Assembly (NCBI RefSeq): GCF_006345805.1
Contig: NC_042998.1
Coordinates: 131,192,001-131,256,000, forward strand
DNA length: 64,000 nucleotides
From: Octopus sinensis
Lineage: Eukaryota
Direction: 5' to 3'
Position 1 is the first letter of the stretch; every line of letters starts with the position of its first letter. Under the pieces are notes generated by a model. That model ran no database searches. It worked only from the letters and a program-made list of their open reading frames with translations, and was not told the origin of the DNA. Made by a program: the position numbers and the translations under genes. Below, piece by piece: positions 40,789 to 54,861 of this stretch.

Positions 40789-43199
40789 GTTTACTAAACA
40801 TATGTATACATATGGATGGATATGACTGTGTATGCGTGTGCATCTGTAACAGAGGGAGAGAGAGTATGTGTGACTGAGAGCGAGAAATGTAATTAAATTT
40901 GCAATATTGCAGTATGATATATGCAGATAAATATGTCATGAAACAAAATTTAATCTGCACTGCATATTGGGAATGCAATATTACCTGCTATCTATCAGGA
41001 TGTAAGATATTACGTTGAAAGACATACATGCGTACAGTCACACATGCCCGTTTATATGAGACCATGAGGGTGTTCATGCATGCGAATGGAAACAGACACA
41101 CACGCAAACACACACGCGTGCGTGCACTTACACACATGCACTGAAGATAATAACTTTTATCATCGAATTGCGGATAAGAATCAAATATTACAACACACAC
41201 ACATACATATATATATAAACATATATATTTTACAAAACCCCTACACAAACCCTTATATATATACATAGATATGTATATATATATATATATATGCGTGTGT
41301 GTGTGTATGTATGCAAATTTACATATGTATGTAAATATATAATGAATATATATATATATATATTCATTATATATCATATATACATATACCTACGTTTCTA
41401 TATGTCTTCCCGTACGTGCATTTGCATATCTATATACCTAACTACATATCTACCTTATATACATATACACACAAACACGTATGCACACACGCACACTCAC
41501 ACATATATATACATACATGCATACGCACATTTATATACACACTCATATATACATACATTTATGTACCTATATAAGCACATATACACGTGTGCGTTTGTGT
41601 GTTTGTGCGTTGTGTGTGTGTGTGTTTGTGTGTTGTGTGTGTGTGTGTGTGTATGTGTGTGTGTGCGTATGTGTGTGTGTGCGTGCGTGTGTGTGTCTAG
41701 TTGTAGGTATATAAGTCAGTAATCATGTGTCCTTATATTTGTGCACCGATGTAGAGTTGCACATTTTTACGAATTACTTGGTAAATCGAACTGCAAAACA
41801 TGATGACGTTGTGCATTTCAATCAATTTTTTTCTCCATCAAACATCGCGGGAAGCTCGTCAAACTTTAGGTGTAAATTTTATAATAACTTTAACATACAT
41901 TTAACATTTCCGGATACAGAATACTGTGTACCGCAGGATTTTTAAGTATATAACTTCACACATATTTACGTAACTCTCATTTAAATATATTGTGCACTTT
42001 AGCTATTCAATTATTTGATTTTAATATACAACGCGCAATATTTACACAGATATGACTGCATTCTGTATTTGTGTTGGGGTTTACATTTCTATGTAGAAAT
42101 ATAAGGTAAACTTACGGGCTTGTGTTTTCTGTAAACATATATTTAACTATGCTATGTTATGATAAATTAGGCACCATGACTAAACCCTAATTTTTCTGCA
42201 TCTATCTTTGTAGCTAGAAATCGATATCGATATAATTAGTTTCATCTTTTGTTAAAGCCTCGTGAGAGATCGCTTACTCACTGCTAGTTAGGTAGAGAAT
42301 AGTAGCTTATAAGGAATTTAGAATATCTGCATGTTCAGCCAGAATAAACTAATTCTACGTAATAGTGCATGAATTAGCAGCAGTGAAATTCGTTAGACGA
42401 AAACGGTGGAAGCACGTTGGGGGAATTTTTATAGTGCTTCAAGCTACGGCTTTGACACATGCTTTGGTACGTGATTCTGTCTGAGAATTACAATAATGTA
42501 CATGTATCTGTAGGATGCTCAGCCACCTTCACGCTCTTTTCATGAGCAGGTAAATCAGTAGACAAAACAACTGAAAATTAAGTGTTTAACGCAAGGCATA
42601 AACAATCTGTCTACACACTGTTTTTCCCATCAAATCATATTCATGAAGACTTGGTAGATTTCAGGCAATGGCAGAAGCCAACATGTTCTAAGAGGCACGT
42701 TGTAGAAGTGTAACAGCGATGACTGAGTTCTGAAATACTTTTGATTATGAGGAAGTTTGGAGTATGTAATTTCCAGAATCAATACAGTTCTAATACTGGA
42801 AGACCACCAGTAAAACCCTATTGGTTATAGGACTCATAATAACAAACCTGTAGTAAGTGAAAGAATATTGATGTTGCAGTATTTGATGCAAAGTTAATGT
42901 TCTGGCTTTGATTACTTCTCACCAGAACATATCCTAATGTTTACAAATCGTTAACGTATGATAACGTTACAACAAATAATCCATTTTGTTGAAATATCTA
43001 ACGAATACAAACTCTGCTATGCCTATGCAATAGATTTCATCATATTTTATAAACATATATATATTATGTACATTCACACGCACACACACACACACACATA
43101 CAATTAGACACACGTGTGTGTGTTTGTACATGTATACATATACATATACATATATGTGTGTATGTATGTATATATATATATAGCTATAGATATAGATAC

Positions 43200-43247
<48 letters not shown>

Positions 43248-44042
43248 TATTATATATATATATATATTTATATATATATACATACATTTATATATATACA
43301 CATTAAGTCGAACATGTGCCCATATACGCATAAAGTTACATAAAATTTGCCACAGTGTGAGGAAACACATACTAACAGATGTGCATACTTGCTCTCACAC
43401 ATACACACAAACACGCACACATACACACACAAACACACACACACCACAAAGTTCATATATTATTTACATCGTACAGTGCACTCAACGACAAAACACTGCA
43501 CATTACGGGTAGCATTCTTATGTACTCGTCAGTCAACAATGTCAGCTCATATTTGCAGATGTGCACAGCTTGAAGTAAATGTTGACAAAGGGAGAAATTT
43601 TCAAACAGTATTTGTTATAATCATCTCTGACAACTCTCCCTATAGACAACTACAAAAATACACACTTACTTAGGAAGGTACACATACGCACATACATAAA
43701 GGTATATGCACTTATACATATATATTCATAATATGCTTGCATATACGCGCATATATGCGTACGGAGGCCTACATACATACATACATACATACATACATAC
43801 ATACATACATACATACATACATGCATGCATGTATGTATGCATGAATGTATGCATACATGCATGTATGTATGCATGAATGTATGCATGCATGCATGTGTGT
43901 ATGTATGCATGAATGTAGGCATGCATACATACATACATACATGCATACATGCATACATAGATACATACATACATGCATGCATGCATACATACATACATAC
44001 ATACATACATACATACATACATACATACATACATGCATACAT

Positions 44043-44336
44043 CGACGGAAACTGAAAGAAGCCCGTCGTATATATGTATATATATATGTATGTGTGTGCA
44101 TGTATGTTTGTGTGCGTGTATGTTTGTGTGTCTGTGTTTGTCCCCTTAGCATTGCTTGACAACCGATGCTGGTGTGTTTATGTCTCTGTCACTAGCGGTT
44201 CTGCAAAAGAGACCGATAGAATAAGTACTGGGCTTACAAAGAATAAGTCCCGGGGTCGAGTTGCTCGACTAAATGCGGTGCTCCAGCATGGCCGAAGTCA
44301 ACTGACTGAAACAAGTAAAAGAGTAAAAGAGAGAAA
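44043..44336 (+). mobile_element. 5'-truncated OR2-like SINE
   Basis: GACGGAAACTGAAAGAAGCCCGTCG ... CTCCAGCATGGCCG.AGTCAA.TGACTGAAACAAGTAAAAGAG is the reverse complement of 6728-6990. Confidence 0.9.
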
Positions 44337-44386
44337 GAGAATATATATACACATATGTACCGATACATGTATATATATATATATAT

Positions 44387-45187
44387 ATTATATAAAAGGG
44401 CTTAGTAAAATAAATTACTTTGCCGCATACTGAACTCATTAGAAATAGTAGCTAAAAAAACTTTTTTAAAACTATTTCTAATACTTAAAGAAAACCTCTC
44501 TCATATAGTGTTTGCTCAATTCAACTCACGAAAGTATGGGGGTAAAGACATTAAAAAATCAAATGCAAAGGTTATTTGAGAACGTACGTTTCAAGATTAG
44601 TCAACTCGACATTTCTATCATCAGCTCAGAACTCCTTGGTTTGGATTTGAAAACACTGAAAGTGGGAGCATACCCTTTCGGCTTCTTATCGCTTCTGAAG
44701 ATCTGCTCGAAACTAACAGTGCCAGCAAACTCAAATATGCAAGCGAAGAATTTCTGCTCTCCCTTTTCCACCAGCGTGGGTTAAAATCAGTAAACACTAT
44801 GCTTTTTTCGGTAAAATCCGAGGCATTAAATAGAGAGAGATGAATTATAATTTCAACAATTGAGGGTAAAATTAATTAATTATTAATCAATTTCACCAAG
44901 TATTCAGTATGCAAAGGGACCATTTAAGGCGAATTCAAATTATTACATTATATAAAAGGGCTTAGTAAAATAAATTACTTTGCCGCATACTGAACTCATT
45001 AGAAATAGTAGCTAAATAGTAGCTAAATAGTACTATTTCTAATGAGTTCAGTATGCGGCAAAGTAATTTATTTTACTAAGCCCTTTTATATAATGTAATA
45101 ATTTGAATTCGCCTTAAATGGTCCCTTTGCATACTGAATACTTGGTGAAATTGATTAATAATTAATTAATTTTACCCTCAATTGTTG

Positions 45188-45195
<8 letters not shown>
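44387..45195 (-). mobile_element. Non-coding PLE-like/retrozyme-like insertion in (TA)n: 560-nt unit, 70-nt terminal direct repeat and perfect 165-bp inverted arm
   Basis: 44387-44456 equals 44947-45016. 44846-45010 is the exact reverse complement of 45031-45195. A hammerhead lies at 44577-44628 and TA repeats flank both ends. Confidence 0.8.
44577..44628 (-). ncRNA. Type-I hammerhead ribozyme motif
   Basis: Minus strand reads TGAG-CTGATGA-TAGA..GTC-GAGTT-GAC..TCTT-GAAAC-GTAC-GTT-CTCA. Stem III AACGTACGTT is palindromic and the cleavage triplet is GTT. Confidence 0.8.
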
Positions 45196-45249
<54 letters not shown>

Positions 45250-45305
45250 CGTGTGTGTGTGTGTGTGCGTACATATGTATATGTATGCATGTATTTATGT
45301 ATAGA

Positions 45306-45450
45306 AGGCGCGTGGCTTAGTGGTTAGGGCATTCGGCTCAGGATCGTAAGGCCGTGAGTTCAATTCCGGCGACGCATTCTGTCCTTTAGCAACACACGTT
45401 AATTTCACGAACAAACCGTTCCGTTGTTCGTATCACCTGGGACCCTTACC
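45306..45450 (+). mobile_element. tRNA-derived SINE head (Meta-domain-like)
   Basis: GGCGCGTGGCTTAGTGGTTAG (A box), GAGTTCAATTCC (B box), then TGTCCTTTAGCAA..TTTCACG. Confidence 0.75.
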
Positions 45451-45475
45451 GTATTAACTGACGGAGTGCTGTTTC

Positions 45476-45510
45476 ATGTATGTATGTATGTATGTATGTA
45501 TGTATGTATG

Positions 45511-45542
<32 letters not shown>

Positions 45543-45802
45543 TGTATTATGTATGTATGTATGTATGTATGTGTATGTATGTATGTATGTATGTATGTAG
45601 TATGTATGTATGTATGTATTATGTATGTATGTATGTGTATGTATGTATGTATGTATGTGTATGTATGTATGTATATGTATGTATGTAGGTATGTATGTAT
45701 GTATGTATGTATGTATGTATGTAGTATGTATGTATGTATGTATGTATGTATGTATGTATTATGTATGTATGTATGTATGTAGTATGTATGTATGTATGTA
45801 TG
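45476..45802. repeat. (TATG)n array with recurring TATT/GTAG variant units
   Basis: Seen directly; an OR2-like SINE tail follows at ~45810-46010. Confidence 0.95.
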
Positions 45803-46094
45803 CGTGTGTGTATGAGTGTGTGTATATGTTTTTGTGCCTGCATTTGTTCCTCCCCCCATTACTGCTTGACAACCGGTGTTAATGTGTTTATGTCACCGGA
45901 TCATAGCGGTTCAGCAACAGGAAGTCCTACAGTCGATTTGTTTGACTAAAGCCCTTCAAAGGCGCTGCTTGGACAAGGCTGCAGTCAAATGACTTAAACA
46001 ATTGAAAGAATAAAACAACAAATGAACATACACACACATACTAACAGTCGCACACTCACACAGACATATGTGTTTATATGAATGTAAGTATGTA

Positions 46095-47715
46095 TGACAT
46101 TGTTCAGTTTTATTTCAAGATTTCTTGCCAATAGAGAAGCAGCCGGCTTTTAACCTAGATCCAAGTTTCCTTCATTGGAATTTCAACATCAACAACAGGG
46201 TATGTATGTATGTATGTATGTATGTATGTATGTGTATGTATGTATGTATGTATGTATGTATGTATGTGTGTTGTATGTATGTATGTATGTATGTATGTAT
46301 ATATGCATGCCTGTATGTATGTGTCAATATATATATCTATCTATGTATGTATACGTGCATATTTGTATGTTTTGTTTTATGTATGCATTCTCTTGCATAT
46401 AGTTACATATCTAGATATACTCGTATATATTTAAATGGTAAACTTCTGGAAAGTTTTATAGATTTTTACATTTTCAGTGATGGATTGGATCTGTAGCCTT
46501 CGGTTTAATTTTTTCCCTCTCTTGTCTTCAGAAGCTTAATTTGGTATTTAGGTTGTTATTTAGGCAGTGTGTTAGATATCCCAGGGTCCCAATAATTACA
46601 GGTATAATCTGGAGAGATTAACTACAGTTTTATCAATAGTTCAGCATAAGTATTCTCTTTTTCACTGTTCTTCAGTTTTATGTTAACATCCGCTGGGCCT
46701 TGTAAGTATATATTTCCACAACTATACACAGTTTCTCTTCTCTATCTCAAATCATCATATAAGGTCTATTGTCCTTACATTTTATTGAGGTTTTCACTGG
46801 ACATTCCACCAGTACTCCTTTTTATTACTCGTAGTTATGTCCTCGGGGTTACGCTTTCGACGGATTTCCTTAGAGAGTGCCCTAGCTACAACATCATGTC
46901 TCATTGGTAGATAACATTTTCGGAGAACTGCTTATGATGTGGGGATATCTTCGGTGCTAACTGTACAAAATTTGCATCGGTTGTCACATTTTACTGCTTT
47001 TCCCGCATCTTTATCCTTTTTGTGCATCAAGTAGTTGGTTGATATCTAATGTTTCTGAATTGCAAACGCATACCATTCTAAGTGGGAGGTAGTAATCCGG
47101 TTATTGATCCATGACAGACTGCTTTAGGGATCCATGTTACTATTATCTCGGAGTTTCCTACTAAGATATCCATGCATAGTCTGCTGCTCATATAAGTTCA
47201 TCCTTTTATCTGATGATACCATGTGGTAGTGTGGTGCGACTTCTTTGGACATATTACTGGAGGTTATCAGTACATGTTGCTCAAGGAGCTGCCTGCCAAG
47301 TGCCAAGTCATATAATGTTATCAGCCTTCTGTATGCAGACTTGGCCAAGAGATACACTTCGACACTTGGTGGTAAAAAGATGTTGCCGAAGGGATATGAT
47401 ACGACATTCAAATGCATTTTCGATCGATGTTAAAACTCTGCCGCCTTGTTTTCGTTTTAGCTAGAGGCGTCCTACGTCACTGTTTATGTGGAAATTATGT
47501 GTGCTTGTTAGTAATTTTCTGGTTTTCACATCAATGGCTCGGATCTCATCAAGCGTCCAATCAAGCATCTTAAATGTTGGTATGAGTACTGGCACTGCAA
47601 ACACATTGTGGACCACTGTTTTATTGAATGCACAGAGTTCTAAGGTTCAAATTATCTTTATTCGGCTGTAATATTCTTTAGTGACACGTGTTTTGTCACA
47701 GGTATCATTGTTAGA
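46095..47715 (-). mobile_element. Second, divergent R4/Dong-like LINE 3' portion associated with (CATA)n
   Basis: Minus strand gives KEYYSRIKII..FNKTVVHNVFAVPVL..WTLDEIRAIDVKTRKLL..HINSDVGRL*LKRKQGGR, MHGYLSR, IIPVIIGTLGY and RLQIQSITENVKIYKTFQKF. A putative 3' UTR has AATAAA near 46110. Confidence 0.85.
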
Positions 47716-48049
47716 TATGTATATATGTATTTATGTATTTATGTACGTATTAATATGCCATATTTAAATCCCAAAATATTTAATATTAAACTATACAGCC
47801 CAAAATAAGTTACCATGATGTTGTGCTAATCACCATGATGCCATTGGTAAGCCTCCCCCCTCTCTCTCTCTCTCTCTCTCTCTGTCTCTTCCTTTTTCTT
47901 TGTCTATCTGTATATATGTGCATGTAGCGGGGTGAAATCAGTAATTGAGTGCACGCGGTTTACCTGTATATGTATGTGTGTGTGTGTTTGTGTGTGTGTG
48001 GTGTGTGTGTGAGTATGTGTGTGTGTGTGTATGTGTGTGTGTATGTGGG

Positions 48050-48100
<51 letters not shown>

Positions 48101-50108
48101 TGTGTGTGTGCGTGAATATCTATTTGCAGCTTAGTTGTCATTTTGAATGGTATTTTTACAAAAATAGTTACTTCTAAAACGTTTTCTATAAAACTATGAA
48201 AAATCTTCAAAATCCGACTTCGTGGGCTTCTCACGTTGATAAATAAGCACTCTTATAGTAGAAGGGAAAATAACATTTAAAGAATTGCAATATATTTGTG
48301 ATGTCTCCATCACCAATACCAAGATGGAAAAATGTCAAAGTCAGTTTTGGTAAGATTTGAGCGCAGAATGTCGCTGGAGATAGATTAATCCCCTATATAT
48401 GGCTTGTATATTGTATCATATTTTATATATTCATCTTGCCTTTCTGCCACTCATATACTATGTCGTGCAAACACCTTGAGACAAACATAGAACAACAAAT
48501 ATACACACATATATCTTACACGCATGACAAATACAGTCATGGAAACGAACGCACTCACGTAAAATCACGGACTGACATAGACTAATATATGGTAAGCACT
48601 AACAATACAAGCATACAGGTTTACATACAAGCAATGTCACATACACCAATACACAGGAACGAAGAAGACTCATATAAACAGAATGTACATATAGCCATAC
48701 ATAGTTGTGTTGTCCTTACATGGCCCTCCTACCGACCAACCTTTATTATGCAAATCTACATTCAAAAGTATGTTAGCAATGAACATTTTGTCCTTATATT
48801 TACTTTTTTCTTTATATATATGTGTGTGTGTGTGTTTATGTGTGTGTGTGCGTGTGTGTATGTGTGTGTGTGTGTGTGTGTGTTTGTGTGCGTGTATGAG
48901 ACTTCTCTGTCCACTGTATTTTTCCTTTATAAGTCTCATACATACACAACTATTCATATACAGCTCGAGAAAGAGAGAGGGGGAGAGGAGGGAGAGAGAG
49001 ATTGAGAGTGAAAGAGAGAAACGGAGAGAGAGATAGAGAAAGTGAGAGAGAGAATATCAAAGGCATCATCATGGAATCTGTCATTATCTCAGAGAAAATT
49101 AGCTCAATGTTAACGATGTGTCTGAGCAAGATACATTTAAAGAGCAATTTACTGTTACACACCAACCTCAGATACATGTCATTACTAAAACAATTAGAAC
49201 TGCATCTAATGGCCATCGCATCGTTTCAATTGTGGGTTGAATAAATGACAATCAATAAGACTGGCTAATTTATTGAAATGGTTGAGTAGTGGTGGGCGTT
49301 GGCTTTCTATTGGCTAATCCAGTTCCATGGAAATACTTAAATCAAAGATTATAAACTTCCAGAAACAAATTGTACGTCATATTTCTTCCAGGTACACAAC
49401 TCTTATGGAATTCATTTCCTATATATGTAGAAAATGAAACCAGACATGAAAACCGCATTCATGTCACTAGTCGGCTAGCACAATTTACGGACGCTGCGAT
49501 GCTTGATTTGTCGAATTCATTATAAGGCAGACAAGTGATAGAGTTTCCTTCTTTCAGGTTTTTTCCTTTCTTTTTTTTTGTTCTGGGGTGTAGTTACTGG
49601 CGAGAATAGCATTGATGCTTAAGCTGTTGCATCATGAACAAACAGTATGATCGGCTGATGCCCAGGTGAACTCTGATTAATCAGATCTATCATCAAAGGC
49701 ATCGTAGTTGTGTCATTCCTGTCTTTTGTTTATAATTAGAATATTAAGAACTGGATTATTCAATGAAGCCTTCTTTTCTAACACGGTTGGATAGAATTCG
49801 CAAAATATTTGGCTTCTATTTCTAGCAGGTTGAGTGATCATACAAAGGTATTCATTCCCGTTACATGTGACGTTATTGATGCTGACGATGATGATTTGTT
49901 TTTGTTACTTTGTAACTTCAGTTCAGCCAGTTCGAAAGAAGCTGAGCCACATAAGTAGAAAGTTGTGTGGCTTGCATGCAGTGGAATAAGGTGCAAGCTG
50001 ACAGGCATGCTCTAAGATCTCGTCCGAATATCGTACCCGAAATTAAGGCAAAGTCGAAAAAGGTGCCACCGTGGAGTCGCTAAAGCCAAATATTTTTTAC
50101 GGTATTAC

Positions 50109-50157
<49 letters not shown>

Positions 50158-50607
50158 GCTCACACTCACACAACCAAACACGTACACACACGTTTAGCCC
50201 CAGGCAAGTCCAGATTTAGCAGACCTGTAAATAAAGTTGTTTTTCCAGCCGTGCCCATTCCAACTTTCTCTTATTGCCTAAACTAAACAGAGAAACGAAG
50301 GTGTCGTTAGTGGCTAGGATAAAATCTATAGCGGTATTTGTTTTGGTTTCCTGCATTCCTGGTTCAAATTCCACTGATACCAACTTGCTTCCTTTCGGGT
50401 TCCATAAAATACAGAACTTGTCCAAGACGGTGGAATTGCAGAAAAAATTAAAGTATCAGACAAATTGCTATACAGCACTGCTTTCTGTGTTTCTTGTATT
50501 AGCCTTCGTGTATCTCATCGTTTAACAGTCAGTCGGTCTTTGGGTGTCGCTAGCTGTGTTTACTTCACTGCAGTCATCTAAGCCAAGTCTCTTTTTTCAA
50601 ATGCATT

Positions 50608-50941
50608 GGTGACCCCCTTCGGTCAGACACTGACCATGGGTTTGCACCTAGAGAGTTACCCTCTGAGGCACAAGTCTGGGCAAGGTTGTTTTATGGAAGA
50701 CCAGCAGTCGCCCATGCATACCGGCCTCCCCTCTCCATGTCACCGATGTTGTCCAAGGGAAAGGCAAGGGCCGATACAGCTTGGCACCTGTGACGTCGCA
50801 ACTCATTTCTACAGCTGAGTGAACTGGAGCAACGTGAAATAAAGTGTCTTGCTCAAGAACACAACACGCAGCCCGGTCCGGGATTAGAGCTCACAACCTC
50901 ACGATCGTAAGCTAGACGCTCTAACCACTGAGCCACGCGCC
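50608..50941 (-). mobile_element. Full-length tRNA-derived Meta-domain-like SINE with a 13-bp TSD
   Basis: Head GGCGCGTGGCTCAGTGGTTAG and central TGTGTTCTTGAGCAAGACACTTTATTTCACGTTGCTCCAG. TTTCAAATGCATT occurs at 50595-50607 and 50942-50954. Confidence 0.92.
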
Positions 50942-51950
50942 TTTCAAATGCATTATTATTATGAATATATATCATTTCTTCAGGCACAGTATACCTAGGA
51001 GTATATTGTTTAGTATAATTTTTCTTTTGTCCCTGCCTCCTCTCGCTTTGTTTCTCAATCTTTGGAATATATAAAAGGTAATGGACCCACCGCTCCTAAC
51101 TTACTAAATAAAATACCAACATTGTCAAACGTGTCTTCTCTTTTTAAGCCGACAGAGTTTATTTTTAATGAAAATGCAGCAGGAAGAACGGTAGTTTCGA
51201 ATGTAGTAAGTTTTTGTGGTGGAGGTGTAAGTATTCAATTCGATGGTGTCGATGGCAGTGTTGATGCTCTTTGTGACACACCGTGAAATTAAAAGGCGAC
51301 TGTAGAGCAAAACGCTTACTGTCGTTTTTGTTGTTGTTCTTGATGATAAACCACGCCTCAGTCTTGAGATCCTAACCATTAGGATTTCGATCCTTTTGTA
51401 TATCTAGGACTACATATTTTGAAGCAGTAAGGTGTTATTTGACTGACGTTGGCTGATTGATATGTCTACAACTCAAGCTGATTACGTAGAGGCCATACGT
51501 TTACATATAGTTTGGTTGTTTCCAGTGGTGGTGTAAATGGTTGCAATGGTATGGCGGTTATCGTTGTGGCAATAGGAGCTATTTTACGGATCAGAGTGAT
51601 CTGCAGGGTGAAACAGAGAAATAGCAGTTGATAGTGAAAGAATCGAAGGAACGGGTAGTACTAGTGCTCTTGGAGATAACATTTAGGTGTGCTAGTGCTA
51701 CTACTGCTGCTGCTGCTGCTGCTGTTAGTGATGGGGGTGCTGATCACGTCTGTTTGGGGCTACTGCGATAGCTACATGGAATTCTGGCAGTAATAGTGAT
51801 GGTGGAACTGGTAGTGCAGATTTTGCAGCTCAAGGGTTTTTTCATAAAGTGGTGATGGAGGTGATGGCGCTGTTGTTGTTGCTGCTGCTGTGGTGGTGTT
51901 GGTGATTTTGTCGTTGTCGTTTGTTGTTGTTCTTGTTGTTGTTGTTGTTG

Positions 51951-52159
51951 TTATTATGAATATATATCATTTCTTCAGGCACAGTATACCTAGGAGTATA
52001 CCCGAAGTACTACCCGTTCCTTCGATTCTTTCACTATCAACTGCTATTTCTCTGTTTCACCCTGCAGATCACTCTGATCCGTAAAATAGCTCCTATTGCC
52101 ACAACGATAACCGCCATACCATTGCAACCATTTACACCACCACTGGAAACAACCAAACT
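51951..52159. repeat. Composite local duplication: direct copy of 50956-51005 plus inverted copy of 51509-51662
   Basis: Exact 50-bp direct match and exact 154-bp inverted match, joined by CCCGA. Confidence 0.9.
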
Positions 52160-52683
52160 GGTGGTGGTGGTGGTGGTGGTAGTGGTCGAGGTCGTGGTCG
52201 TGGCGGTGATATGATGATGGTGATGGCGGTGTTGGTGGTGGTCGTGATGGCGATGGTGGTGGCGATGATGGTGGTGGTGATGGTGGTTGTGGCGATGGTG
52301 GTGGTGGCGCAGTTATCATGACGATGATGGTTGAGATGATGATGATGATTATGATGGTTGAGATGATGATGATGATGATGACAGTTTATGGCATTGTTGG
52401 ATGGAACAGCGCTGATGTTTGGTACAGGTGTTGGTGGTGTGATGTTGATAACGTCGTTGATGTGGTTTGAAGAGATAGGATTTAGGTCAAGTCAGCTGCC
52501 ATCCGCATTTATGAAAGGGTGAGCAGGGGTGCAAGAAAAGATTACCAACAAGTTACGAGAGATTGTGTGGGACACACACACACATGCACACACACGATCA
52601 TGCGCACACATATATATGTATGCAAGTATAAAGAGAAAGAGCGGGTGGGAAGTAACTAATGGAGATACAAGGGTAACTAAGAC

Positions 52684-52720
<37 letters not shown>

Positions 52721-53259
52721 ACTATACAAAGGAGGGTTATGTGAAGAGGAGGGAGACGTAAAAAAAAAATTAAGTGAAACTTTGAAAGCCTCCTCTTCGT
52801 GAAAACCGGCTGCTAGCTGTCGCTCAATCTATATACGCACTACACGCGCGCACATATGCCTGCATAAACATAAATTATGCACACACCCACGCAACACGAT
52901 GTGCACAAACAAATACTACATCCATAACCGTCACTCGCAAGTAAGTATGACCTGGCAGTTCGCATCATGTTTTCGCTAATTGGCTTAGGTGCGTATGCGA
53001 TTGCAAGTAAACGTAGCCACCCTAGCGGAGCAGAACAGTGAGGATATGAAAGACAGATTGTGAGAGAAGGTATCAGAATTTCTCGGTTGGTATTCAATTT
53101 TAGCTCAACAGAATGCAGCAGCGTTAAGTAATCCGCTTTCTGCAAAGGGCACAATGCGCCCGTTCCAAGGATCAAAACTGCGGCCTATTGAACGTAGAAA
53201 CCACTAGCCAACGTGTTTTCGCATGCATACATATCTAGAAACACAATATACACAGTACG

Positions 53260-53298
<39 letters not shown>

Positions 53299-53426
53299 AA
53301 ATATATTTACAAATATATATATATGCATATACATATATATGTATAATGTAGATATATTATATTACATATATATATATTATATATATATATATGAATATAT
53401 AATATATATATATATTATATATATAC

Positions 53427-53488
<62 letters not shown>

Positions 53489-54074
53489 TATATATATGCA
53501 TATAGCTATGTATGTAACATGTGTGTGTATAATATTGATATCTGACTTAGATAATTGAATCAACTTTCTATAAGCGAGTGTGAGGGATATGTTTTTAGTA
53601 ATAACCTAATATCACGCAGACCCCTTTATTTCCAAATGAAAAGCATCATAGCTGATACTGTCATGTTCCATTTCCTATAGAAACAATTATTAGGTATATA
53701 TGTTTCAGGAGGTGTATAATATGCATAAGATATGAAGACAACATTTTCAAACGATTTCAGTTGCATAACAGATTTGATATTACCTGAGAGTCCTAAGAGA
53801 TATGGGAAAATTTTCTTAACTGACTTCAAATAGAGCTACGTGAGAAATAACATGTTCTTAAAAACCTTGAAAAACTCTTGGGAATTTGTATGTTGGCTAC
53901 GTAGAAACAGCTTTAAATTCTATGTTTCACAATTGCCAGCTCGCTGATTTAGAGCCAAGCACACTGTACACACTAAATATCTTGCAGCTGTGGCATAAAT
54001 ACGCTTGTAATACCCGCACAGTCTCAGCTGATTACAAATAAAAGAACTGATTTATAAAATTAAGTATATTATAG

Positions 54075-54400
54075 GCATAGGCGTGGCTGTGGGGTAAGAA
54101 GCTTTCTTTCCAACCCCATGTTCCCGAGTTCAGTCCACTGCGTGGCACCTTGGGCAAATGTCTTCGTCTATAGCCTCGGGTTAACCAAAGCCTTGTGAAT
54201 GAATTTGGGAGACGGAAACTGAGTTTGTCTATACCGCTATCACTTGACGACCAGTGCTAAGGTATTTACGTCTCCGAAATCTAGCGCTACGTCAAAAGCA
54301 CTTGATCGAATAAGTACCAGGCTTAAAGAGAAATGAGTACTGGGGTCGATCTGTTTCTTCAATTCTTCAAGGCACTGCTCCAGCATGGCCACAGTCCAAA
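54075..54400 (+). mobile_element. OR2-like CORE SINE
   Basis: GGCGTGGCTGTGGGGTAAG..GAGTTCAGTCC..CCTTGGGCAAATGTCTT..GACGGAAACTGA..CTCCAGCATGGCC. Confidence 0.85.
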
Positions 54401-54861
54401 ATAAATCAATAATGTACTAGTAGTTTTCGTCAACTGATGTAATGTAATAGGCATGTACTATGAGAGTTCAGGTTGGTTTACCACTAAAACTCCGACTTGA
54501 AATGAATCCGAAAATGGTTATTCAAGAGACAGCTGTAAGGGACTCCTACCTTCTCTATATCTCTCTCCCCCCCTTTCTGTGTGTATGTGTGTGTGTTTTC
54601 CTAAATACAACCTTGATGCTTGATGCTCATAATATACTCGGCCGGCAGCGGTTAATTATGCATACAACCGTAATAATAACCCGTCTGTACTTCGGTATGT
54701 TGTTTGTTTCTATGCTTTCATAACACATGATTCCTTATATTTAACTCGATCCTGTGCTTCACCAGTTAACTATTTAAGTACCTGAATCACTCATATCCTG
54801 AAATCTTGTATACATATATATATATATATGTGTGTAATATATATGTCATGTTGATTCGCTA

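Noticed and set aside
44695-44725. Plus-strand CTGAAGA..CGAAAC inside the 560-nt unit (possible opposite-polarity ribozyme)
   Set aside because: No stem II pairing and no NUH plus stem I closure; worth rechecking only in a family consensus.
50870-50941. tRNA gene
   Set aside because: The A and B boxes continue into a SINE body flanked by a TSD, so this is a SINE head.
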